From Vitrella brassicaformis CCMP3155 (taxonomy: Eukaryota; Protista; Chromerida): a DNA stretch of 15,106 nt. How positions within the stretch are numbered: position 1 is the first letter of the stretch; each line of letters starts with the position of its first letter. The notes beneath the pieces were generated by a model. The model was not told the DNA's origin. It ran no database searches and worked only from the letters and a program-made list of their open reading frames with translations. The position numbers were made by a program, and so were the translations under genes. Below, one piece after another: positions 1 through 12,483 of the stretch. The DNA lies in contig CDMY01000857.1 in assembly GCA_001179505.1 (NCBI GenBank), forward strand, positions 1 through 15,106. The letters are read 5' to 3'.

Positions 1-1335
1 TTCAAATATGGACGCTTTGAAACGCGCCTGTTCCCGAGTATAGAGGTTGACGGCACTGTGGCCACGTTCTTCCTCTTCAAGAACGACAGCGACAAGGTGG
101 AGGGGGCGTCCTGGCAAGAGATCGATTTCGAGGTCCACGGTATGGGAATCCACAGCGACAAGCCCATCCAGACTAACATGATATCTGGTGCCATCGGGGA
201 GCGCAGTATGTCTGAGAAGTTTTTCGCCGCACCCGGTAGGCCAGGACGGAAAGCGGCACAAACGAAAGCTATCAAAAGAGGATTCCACCACTTCGCTGTC
301 GAGTGGACGCCCGATCATGTCTCATGGTATTTTGATGAGCGACGCATGCGTCGTGTCGTCTCTTGCGATGCTCCCGGAGCAGACGCGGAAGAGTGCAGCC
401 CTGAAGTGTCACAGCTCAACGGGACAATGAACCTTCGGATGTCCTTGTGGCCCGTCGATCCAGCACTAAACTGGGCCGGAGTATTCGATGAGAAACATAC
501 TAAGCTTCCGCTCACCGTGTACTACGACTACGTGAAGGTGTATGACTATGATCCCATTTCCAAGGGTCGGGAAGGAGAAAGGGAAAGAGAGAACATGGTG
601 TTCATTCGCTTCTGTCTGTCTGTATGATGGTAATCCCTCAGGGTTTTCCTTGAAGTGGGCTGATGACTTCACTTCGTTCAACAGCTCTCGGTGGGAAGCA
701 GGCACGCATACGTTTGACCGGAACTACGCCCATTTCCGCCCCGACAAAGCCATCATTGTCGAGGGAGATGATGTGAATGCGTCATACCTTGCCCTCTCTC
801 TTACACCAGCCAATGCCAGCATCGTGGTCCCGGTTCCTCGGGACACCAAGCGCAACCGCTACGAACACAAAGAAGTCTGCGAAGCTGGCACGACCGTCGT
901 GTGGGAGAAAGGGCTGCGCTATGAAGGCGGCATTCTCTCATTCGCAATGCACGTTCCGGCCGATGATGGCCTAGTCCAGTGTGCTGCCGCCTGCGCGAAG
1001 ACGGCAGGGTGCAGCTTATTCTCTGTGTATGACAGAAGCGATTGCACTGGCTTCGTTTCTCCTGCTCGACAAGTCCAGGACGAAAGAGCCGATGCAGGAT
1101 TCATCTGCATGGACGGTGAGCCAGCGGACGATCGTGTTTTCCGTCACCTTCGGGAACTGTAGGAAGTGCAGCGAGCTACGTGATGAAGAGCAGCTGCCAG
1201 CCCAGGCGACCTCTCGACATCCCACCTTACGCTAACCCTTTGAGCTCACCCAGAAGAAGTCGACGAGGGATGGCCACTTTGTGTCGAGCTCGTCGAGCAT
1301 CGCCTGGCGGTCGACGCTGGTGTAGCAGTGAATGA
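1..1335 (+). CDS. GH16 endo-beta-1,3(4)-glucanase/lichenase-like protein, circularly permuted, with C-terminal PAN/apple-like domain; 5' end lies outside the window. Exons <1-565, 642-1115, 1163-1335
   Basis: Frame +1 from base 1 reads FKYGRFETR...WQEIDFEV (catalytic ExDxE at 118-132)...HHFAVEWTPDHVSWYFD...LRMSLW...YDYVKVY. A GT-AG intron at 566-641 joins it in phase to GFSLKWADDFTSFNSSRW...YLALSLT. A second intron at 1116-1162 (GTGAGC..TAG) leads to a last exon ending TGA at 1333-1335. The last exon is the least certain part. Confidence 0.85.
878..1108 (+). other. PAN/apple-like six-cysteine domain within the GH16 protein
   Basis: C...(33 aa)...CAAACAKTAGCSLFSVYDRSDC...GFIC: six Cys with C-x3-C-x5-C-x2-F spacing typical of PAN/apple modules. 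Pattern recognition only. Confidence 0.6.
1250..1316 (-). other. Possible antisense exon (VDRQAMLDELDTKWPSLVDFFW) overlapping the GH16 3' tail
   Basis: Flanked on the minus strand by CCAG (acceptor) and GTGAGC (donor); 20 of 22 codons end in G/C. Confidence 0.3.
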
Positions 1336-1355
1336 TTTGTCTTTGCTTTGTCTTT

Positions 1356-1644
1356 GTTGCAGTCAGCCAGGTGCTTGTCTGCCCAGTCAATGCGGAGAAG
1401 GCAGGCAGGCAGGTAGTGCGTGTCTCTGTACAGACTTGTGTGATACATATCTCGCGAACCAGAGCAAGTGAGAAGACGGCTGTTTGAGTGATCAAGGGTC
1501 TTTGAGTGACACTTCAGTTGCTAGTAGCCTGGTGCTTGTCTGTCCAGCCTGTCTGTCCAGCCGCTGCAGAGAAAGCAGCAAGGCACTGCCAGACAGTGGT
1601 TGTCGTCAGACAGAATTGAGTGAAGGACATCTCGCGAACCAGAG
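1356..1644. repeat. Old diverged direct duplication (1356-1464 vs 1517-1644)
   Basis: Exact 16-mer ATCTCGCGAACCAGAG at 1449 and 1629. Alignable starts GTTGCAGTCAGCCAGGTGCTTGTCTG / GTTGCTAGTAGCCTGGTGCTTGTCTG. Confidence 0.6.
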
Positions 1645-1779
1645 TGGATTGAGAGTGGATTGAGCGGTCCGTGGCGGTGCCTTGGTTGCCGAGAAAGGAG
1701 CGAGTGGATAGTGGGCTGTTGGAGGGGTGACAGTTGAGAATGAAGGAGAGCGAGTGGGGAGCTGCTGCTTGGTGCGAGT

Positions 1780-1831
1780 AAGGCTCTCACCCGGTCGGTT
1801 CACAGCAAGGCTCTGACCTGGTCGGTTCACA
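1780..1831. repeat. 27-bp-period tandem repeat, 2 copies
   Basis: AAGGCTCTCACCCGGTCGGTTCACA (1780-1804) and AAGGCTCTGACCTGGTCGGTTCACA (1807-1831), 2 mismatches. Confidence 0.85.
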
Positions 1832-2334
1832 TTGCCTTTTCATCGGCTGGGTGGGCTGCCCGGTGTGTAGGCTCGATTGAATGGCAGTGCCTGCGCGGTT
1901 ATTTCTTTACTAGGTCGGTGCGGATCTGAACTTTCCCCTAGCCAGCGATACTGGCGGAGCGCGCGATTATCGGTTAAATTCGCAGGTCTGACAAACATTC
2001 TTTGCCACGTGAGTGGCTGTTTGAGGAACGTACAGTCCGTCTGAAGGTACAGTGTGGTGCATATCATGTGTCGGTCTGGAAAAATGATGTGTCGGCCCAC
2101 AGAGGTGCAACTCTGACTATAGTCTATTGGTTGTCGCAACACCAAGATCTACTCTCGCCACAAATAAAACACAAATGACACTACTCTGTCTTGGGGTGGA
2201 TGGACTTTCTTCGCATATCCGCACCTCGTTGAAAGCTTCTCCCTTGGGTTTGCGATTTTTAGAATCGCTCCCATGCCGAAAAGAACCCTCGGCACAGCAC
2301 CGAGACACTCGGAAAAAATGAAGAAAAGCATTGA

Positions 2335-2690
2335 TAGATGGATTGATTGGCTGATGTACCTGCCTGCCCTTTCTGTCTGTCGGTCGGTCGGTCGGTCGGT
2401 CGGTCGGTCTGTCGGTCTCTCTGTCTGTACGTATGTGTTTGTGTATACGTTTCGTGTCCGATGGATGGATGGATGGTTTGACTGATGTGCCGGACTGTGT
2501 GCGTGTCTGTATGTGAATGTATGTGCTGTGTCTCGTGCTGTGTCTCATGTATGTATGTGGTGTGTCTGCCGGCACTGTCTGGCTGTATGTATGTGTATAT
2601 CTATGGATTTATGTGTTGTGGCCGATGGATGGGTGGATACGCCTTCCTGTGTGCCTGTGTGCCTGTGTGTGTGTGTGTGTGTGTGTGGCG
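2335..2690. repeat. Compound microsatellite tract: (GATT/GATG)n, (GTCG)n, (GTAT)n, (GT)n
   Basis: Visible runs, e.g. GTCGGTCGGTCG around 2383-2410 and (TG)n around 2665-2686. Confidence 0.9.
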
Positions 2691-2746
2691 GGTCTTTTTA
2701 AAATTTCCCTCTAATTATTGTCTAATGAATTTTTGTTTGAGCGAAT

Positions 2747-2910
2747 CGATAGAGGTGGCGGAGATATCGGATATGCACCTCGTTGAAGGCACCTTCCTGA
2801 CCCAGCCTTTTTTGAAACCTCCCAAATATTTGAAAGAGGTTTCAAAAAAGGCTGGGTCAGGAAGGTGCCTTCAACGAGGTGCATATCCGATATCTCCGCC
2901 ACCTCTATCG
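2747..2910. repeat. Perfect 75-bp inverted repeat with 14-nt spacer (fold-back)
   Basis: 2747-2821 is the exact reverse complement of 2836-2910; spacer CCAAATATTTGAAA. Confidence 0.95.
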
Positions 2911-3056
2911 CCCGAAACACACGATCCCTCCTCCTCTCCCAAATATTTGAAAGAGGTTTCAAAAAAGGCTGGGTCAGGAAGGTGCCTTCAACGAGGTGCA
3001 TATCCGATATCTCCGCCACCTCTATCGCCCGAAACACACGATCCCTCCTCCTCTCC
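2819..3056. repeat. Perfect 117-bp tandem duplication
   Basis: 2819-2939 matches 2936-3056; the 39-codon unit gives the repeated peptides in the ORF track. Confidence 0.95.
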
Positions 3057-3256
3057 TCCACCGACCGACCCCTCCTCTCCGAGCAGACTGATCGGTGGAC
3101 GCCCAGCCTCGTCGTGATCGGAACCAAACCCAACTTCTCGTCATGATCCTCCATGACTGATCAATCAGTGCCATACGCAGCCTCGATGTTCCTCATGTCC
3201 CTTTCCGTCAGTGCCGTGCTGCCCAACGGGTCCGTCCGACTGCCGGCGGACGCCAT
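2819..3256 (-). pseudogene. Truncated pseudogene of unknown family
   Basis: ATG at 3256: MASAGSRTDPLGSTALTERDMRNIEAAYGTD*SVMEDHDEKLGLVP...FLKPLSNIWE in one frame, with one internal TGA (3163-3161). The 3' end is replaced by the duplication and inversion. Confidence 0.55.
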
Positions 3257-4157
3257 GATGGCCACCGGTTGCGTTTTCGAGGAGATGCCATGAGCGAGGG
3301 GGGAGGTGGCGGGAGATGTTCTCTCCCATCAGAGTAAAGAGATGTGTTTGCTTCTCTGCATTTGAATAAGTCTCATCCTCAGCTGGCGCCACTTTTAAGA
3401 ACAGGAAGTGGCATCCAAGAACAAGGAAGTGGCGCCTCATCCTTGAAAGATGGGTCGGATGCAAGGACGTTGCGGAGTCGTCAGATGCAGTTGGACAGTA
3501 GCAGCAGGCGGCTCGCAAGTTGTTCATTCATTCATTCATTCATCAGCGTTCCCATGAACACATGAAGCATTCATGGAAATGGTCTTGCAACACCGGGGTG
3601 ACACCGGCTCGCCACGGTTTTCCTTGACTACCGCGGGCTTTCCCCCAAATCGTCTCTTTCACCCAAATTGTCCAAGGGGCACAGCAAACAGAATGTCGTC
3701 TGGTCAGCCGCTGAAACTCTTCAGCTCCACAACGATGCTGTGAAGGTGTGCGGATGGAATAAGTAGGGATGAAACGGACGATGCACAAGCCGAGATGCGA
3801 CGGCATAGAGAGAAGGAAGTCTTGCCACAAGTGCAAATTGGATCACCCGCATTTTCTTCATTTTCTGCGGGGAGGAGAAGGGTGGGGACGGCGTGGACTT
3901 CTCCTGACGCTTCACCTTTTCGATTCCCTTTTCCTTCTGTCAACCGGCATACCTCGACAACCAGCACTTACAAGAAGTTGAAGTGTCACAAAGGAGTCTT
4001 GCCACACTCGTGAATGTTCCACAGATGATTGTAACGAAAAATCATCCTCAAACGCACCCACGAGGTATCTACAGACTTCTCATTCTGTCTCGTCCAAATC
4101 GTGATAGCACTGATATCCGGACGCTGTCTATTCTGCCGACAATGTCCATCCCACTGA

Positions 4158-5092
4158 CTACTTGAGGATCGCATCGATTGCAGGGGTAGTGATGCCCTGT
4201 CCTTCACCAAGGGTCTTGGCCCAGTTGATGGTCATCTCGACAATAGATTCGTCTGGACGGAGCAGCTGCTGGACCACCATGCCCAAAAACCTGCACACCA
4301 CACGAAGCCATGCACCACTGCTCGCGACCCACGCCGCATCTGCACACTTGTCTGTACCCAATCATCGCCAATCGGCCATGCTTCAGCTCCATCAACTGCC
4401 AGCTGCACAACAGGGAGGGTTGCTATTCATCTCCATCTACGCTCCTTTCTGTTAGCTCTGCTTACTTCTCTCGGATCCCCTCTCTGGAGAGTCGGAGAGG
4501 ATCGAATCCTCTGTCGCCAGGAATGCGACCCACAAAGTTGCCGTTGTAGTATTCGATGGCGCTAATCACAAGCAGCAGCTGAATCATGCCGAGAGTTGGT
4601 GCTGTCAGGGGTGCCTCGAGGAAGTTCTTGCTGGGGAAGGCCTCGTTCCAGCGATACGTGCTCTGAAAGGAAGACGATTCAACGTTCCCCAGGCACCTTC
4701 GAGCGATCACGAGCATACCTGGACGAGCACTCCGAGAGTCGCCAGCATGCACACACGTCCGTGTTTCAGCTCCACCTCGCGCATGCGGGCAAGGTCCTGG
4801 TTGTTGGTGAAGCCGAAGGGGTCGAATCCCACGTCACCAACCAACTCGCCATTCAAGTTGTCAGGCTTCCGAGCGAAGGGAAGGGCAACACTCTTCTCGA
4901 TGTCCTGCATACTGATCTGACCCCGCGAAGGACGCTGCGGGTCCTGAACCAGAGGGAAGAACATAGCTTCCTGTACACGGATCACTCTCTGCTCACCCGC
5001 AGTCCAGTCCGTGATCCTCCAGGTGGCGAAACGAAGGCATGCGAGGCCTGAACGGCAAGGACGCTGAAGAGCACCACAGGGATGGAATTCAT
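4158..5092 (-). CDS. Light-harvesting complex (chlorophyll-binding) protein, red-lineage Lhcr-like, plastid-targeted, about 231 aa. Exons 5092-4997, 4943-4719, 4662-4466, 4402-4358, 4290-4158
   Basis: Signal-peptide-like [19 protein letters not shown] followed by F; SVALPF...GDVGFDPFG; helix 1 [11 protein letters not shown]; PGDRGFDPL; helix 3 [11 protein letters not shown]. Four GT-AG introns (53, 56, 63, 67 nt) give 696 nt in frame ending TAG. Confidence 0.95.
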
Positions 5093-5509
5093 TGGGAAAG
5101 GCGGGAGATACCTCGAGGTAACGAGGGAACGCGAGCCAACCGGAGTAAACAAATGGGAAACCCTAACCCATGCCGTGAACCCCTCACCAATGAGTTGCCC
5201 TCCTCCGTGGGGGGGTCGGGACTCGTTCCGCGACCCCAAGCGAAATGCAAAGCCCCTTGCGTCGTCGCGTATGCATGCAAAGCCCCTAAGCTCGCATGGA
5301 AGCCCCATCAGAAAGACTGTACCGAATGAAAAAGTCTCGTGGCCCCAATTACAAACGAACAAATGAAAAAGTCTCGCTGGCCCCAATTACAAACGAACAA
5401 ACACGAACTTCGGGTAAGAGCGTGCCTCGCTCGCTAAAAGCTCGCGAGTCCCGAATATCGCGAGCGAGCCTCGCTCGCATTGCTTCGAGTCCCGAATTGG
5501 GTGTCTACA
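5093..5509. promoter_or_regulatory. Divergent (head-to-head) intergenic region between the LHC and kinase genes
   Basis: Start codons at 5092 (-) and 5510 (+). Contains repeated AAGCCCC/GGCCCC motifs and two internal duplications. Regulatory function is inferred. Confidence 0.55.
5325..5400. repeat. 37-38-bp tandem duplication
   Basis: AATGAAAAAGTCTCG(C)TGGCCCCAATTACAAACGAACAA occurs twice, differing by a 1-nt indel. Confidence 0.9.
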
Positions 5510-9143
<3,634 letters not shown>

Positions 9144-9445
9144 CAATCATGCAATGCGTTTCCCTTCAGAAAATCACTTGATCGCTCCAGTCCGACCTCT
9201 CAGTGGCGCAGTGACGGCAAGGTACATCCTTTTTATCCAGCCCACTCTTGCGCTCACCTGTCTATTGTGCAGAGGACAGACATTGACCCCCTGGTGGAAC
9301 GGACGATCTCTTAACCGAAGATTTGTTGACCCACCCCTCTCAGCCCGCAGTGGAAATGAGATTCAAAGAGAAAAGGAAATACTGTGAACCATACTTGATA
9401 TTATGATGACAATGAACCGTTTCCATGTTTTTGACATCCCGTGTT

Positions 9446-9501
9446 CGTCGTCGAGAGGACGGTGCGCTGTCACAGGATATAGAGACGTCCTCTCAACGAC
9501 G
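9446..9501. repeat. 16-bp inverted repeat, 24-nt spacer
   Basis: CGTCGTCGAGAGGACG (9446-9461) / CGTCCTCTCAACGACG (9486-9501), 15 of 16 complementary. Confidence 0.75.
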
Positions 9502-9866
9502 GTTGCACTGCCACAGGAACAGTTGATTCAGTATTCTATCCACACCACGTCTTGAACACTGGATGTATGTCAGCTGAGGATGTAACACTTGGTGAATAGA
9601 CATACATCGTACATTTGTTTATTCCTCCACCAGTGTTGACTGTACGTTCCATGTATCCACTAAGTTCCATGCACTGATGAGGGCCGCACGCAAATTTGGA
9701 AAGGTCATGTCGTGAGCATGCCTTATGCACGAGATACACACAGTCTGCGGACACTCGTAGGTGTTCAGAACTCTGGTGAGGGCCGCAAGATCATCCGAAG
9801 TGGTCTGGCTCGTGCATTTGTACCGTCCCTTGCGGCTGGCAGCAACACCACCGCGACATGGTGCGT

Positions 9867-9953
9867 GTTGCATGTGTGTTGCTTGTTGCATGTGTATATT
9901 ATCTTAACAAGCAACACATGTAGTCGACCAGCAACAAGCAAAACATGTAGTCG
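9867..9953. repeat. Nested direct and inverted repeat cluster
   Basis: TGTGTTGCTTGTT (9875-9887) pairs with AACAAGCAACACA (9906-9918). AACAAGCAA(C/A)ACATGTAGTCG at 9906 and 9933. GTTGCATGTG at 9867 and 9885. Confidence 0.75.
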
Positions 9954-10145
9954 TGGTCAGGGTCGTTCGAATCGACGTCCACACCTTGACAGAGAAAACA
10001 GAGGGACTAGGGCAAGACGGCAGGTTTCCTTGTTTGTGGTTCTAAGGAGCCAGTACGGCCCTTGTTCGTCATTAGAGACAACAAAGGTGTTTTGGCTTTT
10101 GGCTGATTTGGCGATCCACTCTGCTACCTCGGCGTTGATGGAACC

Positions 10146-10197
10146 CCCGCGAACGCGGGTCGACGAACGGCTACGAGGGGGTAGGAACCCCCTCGTA
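10146..10197. other. Two adjacent GC-rich hairpins
   Basis: CCCGC-GAAC-GCGGG (10146-10159) and perfect 11-bp stem TACGAGGGGGT-AGGA-ACCCCCTCGTA (10172-10197). Confidence 0.6.
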
Positions 10198-10254
10198 ACG
10201 GAAGGCGATCGGAAAGGGACACCTTACAGAATGTCGCGGATCGAAAGGTACACA

Positions 10255-10869
10255 CTAACTTCTAATTAGCTCGCATAGCTCGCACAGCTCAAAGCACTTC
10301 TTCAAAGGCAGATGGCCACCATCGTGTGAGGCGATTTGGCGGCCATTCCTGAAGACCTGGAAAGCCGAATGAAAAGGTGCTTGCTGGTGAACGACGATGC
10401 TGGCCGAGAAACCAAAAAATCGGCTGCACTTGTGTGTGACTAAAGAGAGGGCGCAGACAGCAAAGGGAGGTGGTGATGTGGACGACGCAATGTCGCCCCC
10501 TCCCCCTTGAATGGGGGAGGGGGCTGCAGAAGGTCATCTTCCATGAGCCAATGGTCAGAAGCAGAAAAGAGCGCGTCGACCACAGACTGATCGAAGGTGA
10601 TGATGGCTGTCATGTGGGATTCCGACACACGGATCTCCTCATCTGAGCGCTCCTGTGTCTGCCTGGCAGGTGTGTTGATGTTTCGTTGAGCCGCATTGCC
10701 GCCCTCTCTATTGCCAAGTGAGCCGATGGCCGTCACGCAAGGTTCGAACTTACATACATACATCCATCTGCGTGCTCCGGTATGCGGGTCTTCCCGCATT
10801 CATATGTGTATGCGCCATTAATTTGTGCATCCATAGCATCTGAGCACAAAGCTTTTGTCGTGCCCATGT
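10255..10869 (-). pseudogene. Possible spliced gene or gene fragment of unknown family running out of the first gap
   Basis: Protein-like segments MGTTKALC...HADGCM, QTQERSDEE...DHWLMEDDLLQPPPPF and RFFGFSASIVVHQQ...LKKCFEL*. One phase-consistent intron (10757-10663, GTATGT..CAG); the second junction could not be put in phase. Confidence 0.3.
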
Positions 10870-11169
10870 NNNNNNNNNNNNNNNNNNNNNNNNNNNNNNN
10901 NNNNNNNNNNNNNNNNNNNNNNNNNNNNNNNNNNNNNNNNNNNNNNNNNNNNNNNNNNNNNNNNNNNNNNNNNNNNNNNNNNNNNNNNNNNNNNNNNNNN
11001 NNNNNNNNNNNNNNNNNNNNNNNNNNNNNNNNNNNNNNNNNNNNNNNNNNNNNNNNNNNNNNNNNNNNNNNNNNNNNNNNNNNNNNNNNNNNNNNNNNNN
11101 NNNNNNNNNNNNNNNNNNNNNNNNNNNNNNNNNNNNNNNNNNNNNNNNNNNNNNNNNNNNNNNNNNNNN
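10870..11169. other. Assembly gap (300 N)
   Basis: Run of N. Confidence 1.
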
Positions 11170-11444
11170 CCGTCCCTCCCTCTATCTCAGTTTTTCTCCC
11201 TCCATGCTTTTCTTCACGCCTCCCTTCCAATCGCCTTTTCCTATATCATCAGCAACGAGGCGAAATGTCCTTCAGTGTCATGTTTCTTCGGTGTGTGAAC
11301 TGTCCGTGTGTCATTTCATGCCACCCGTAGCATTCCCTCCCTTCATGTGCTGGGCTCCGAACAGCACCATTATCGACTGCAGGGGTGTGGAAGGTGCATG
11401 AATATGACATATGATCCATCTTACATCAACACATCCGCTGAGTG

Positions 11445-12483
11445 ATGCACCTCGGCTGCAGAAGGAGACAACCCACAGACAGTGGCAAAAACTACTTCCT
11501 CCGCTTTGCCATCCGAATTGCCCAGCCCACCAATGACCATTCGTTTGCGTATTGACGCCGCATGGATGCAGGACCGGCTGCTGTGCAGCGCGTCTTCCTC
11601 TCAGGCGTGGGAGTCCTGGCACCCTCCCTGACGAAGCTGTCATATGCATTCGTGTATGTCATCACTCGTATCACAGCTACATGACGATCGCAGCGCCTCG
11701 CGAGTGTGCTTGCGGGCCCGGGATTCGCTGTCGAGTTGCTCTCCCGGCCGTTTGCAAACACTGTGGCCTTGCGGGCTTAGCTCACTCAGCCTCTTCATTT
11801 GCCTTCGATGATCCCGTCAGTTAGCACTCGGGTGCGTAGCCTCACAGAAACCCATTGTGGTCACTCACTACCCCTCATCATGCAAAACACGATGCGACTC
11901 TGCTGTTCAGGCGAGGCGATGGCCTCCGACTTCTTGCTGTTGGCCCTCTGCCAGATCTGCTTCCATCCGCTTGTCGAGCGTACCAGCTCTCGTCTGCCTC
12001 GTTATGATGCGTTCAAGAACGGTCCCCCCTTCTATCAACTGGGTCGGTTCGTGGTGATGGTCCTGGGCGTCCCACCTTCACCTTCCAGCATCATCGCATC
12101 GCCACCAGAACAACCATACATGGTGAGCACCACCAATCACACTCAGTATCAGGAGATCTGTGCGCTCAAGTCGCCCTCTGTCTGTACGTGTGCTGTTTCA
12201 GGGCTCTTCGGAGCTGGGATTCACATTCGCCTTGTTACTCGAGTGCCTACAAGCCTGTCCAACGCAATGGCATCAAGGACCGAGCGTCCAAGCGATACAG
12301 CACCAAGGGGAGGTGATCAACGTGATGGCTGGGCGAGCTTCATGCTACCGAGGCGAAGTAGTTTCCCAGCAGCAGACGCGGCTCCAGCACCGACGAAGTG
12401 GTGTGAAATCGCGCGTCAGATCACCGACGACCCCCAGGGAGTGCCGCCCTTCTTCTCTTCCCGTCTTCCATCATGGTGACTGA
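11445..12483 (+). pseudogene. Stop-interrupted gene of unknown family (copy 1)
   Basis: One frame reads KNYFLRFAIRIAQ...FAY*RRMD...RVFLSGVGVLAPSLTKLSYAF...AT*RSQ...LRA*LTQ...GEAMASDFLLLALCQICFHPL...FYQLGRFVVM, with stops at 11553, 11682 and 11778. Candidate intron 12123-12201 (GTGAGC..TTTCAG). Confidence 0.45.

Noticed and set aside
2222-2234. GCACCTCGTTGAA shared with the fold-back arms
   Set aside because: A single 13-mer match is expected by chance in 15 kb and does not extend.
2819-3056. Direct repeats as a CRISPR-like array
   Set aside because: Head-to-tail 117-bp copies with no unique spacers, in a eukaryotic context with no cas genes.
2485-3117. 210-aa plus-strand ORF and other Cys/Val-rich ORFs at 2117-2714
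   Set aside because: Translations of GT microsatellites and of the antisense strand of the duplication.
3535-4150. Possible minus-strand gene remnant (GTAAGT at 3971, CCGCAG at 3865, TGTGGCAAGACT twice)
   Set aside because: No consistent spliced frame or recognisable protein; could be LHC 3' UTR or intergenic DNA.
4596-5051. 151-aa plus-strand ORF
   Set aside because: Antisense shadow of the LHC exons.
9674-9702. Hammerhead-like CTGATGAG...GAAA
   Set aside because: No stem II pairing between the motifs and no flanking stems I/III found.
9712-10269. 185-aa plus-strand ORF
   Set aside because: Runs through simple repeats and hairpins, with no motif or codon bias.
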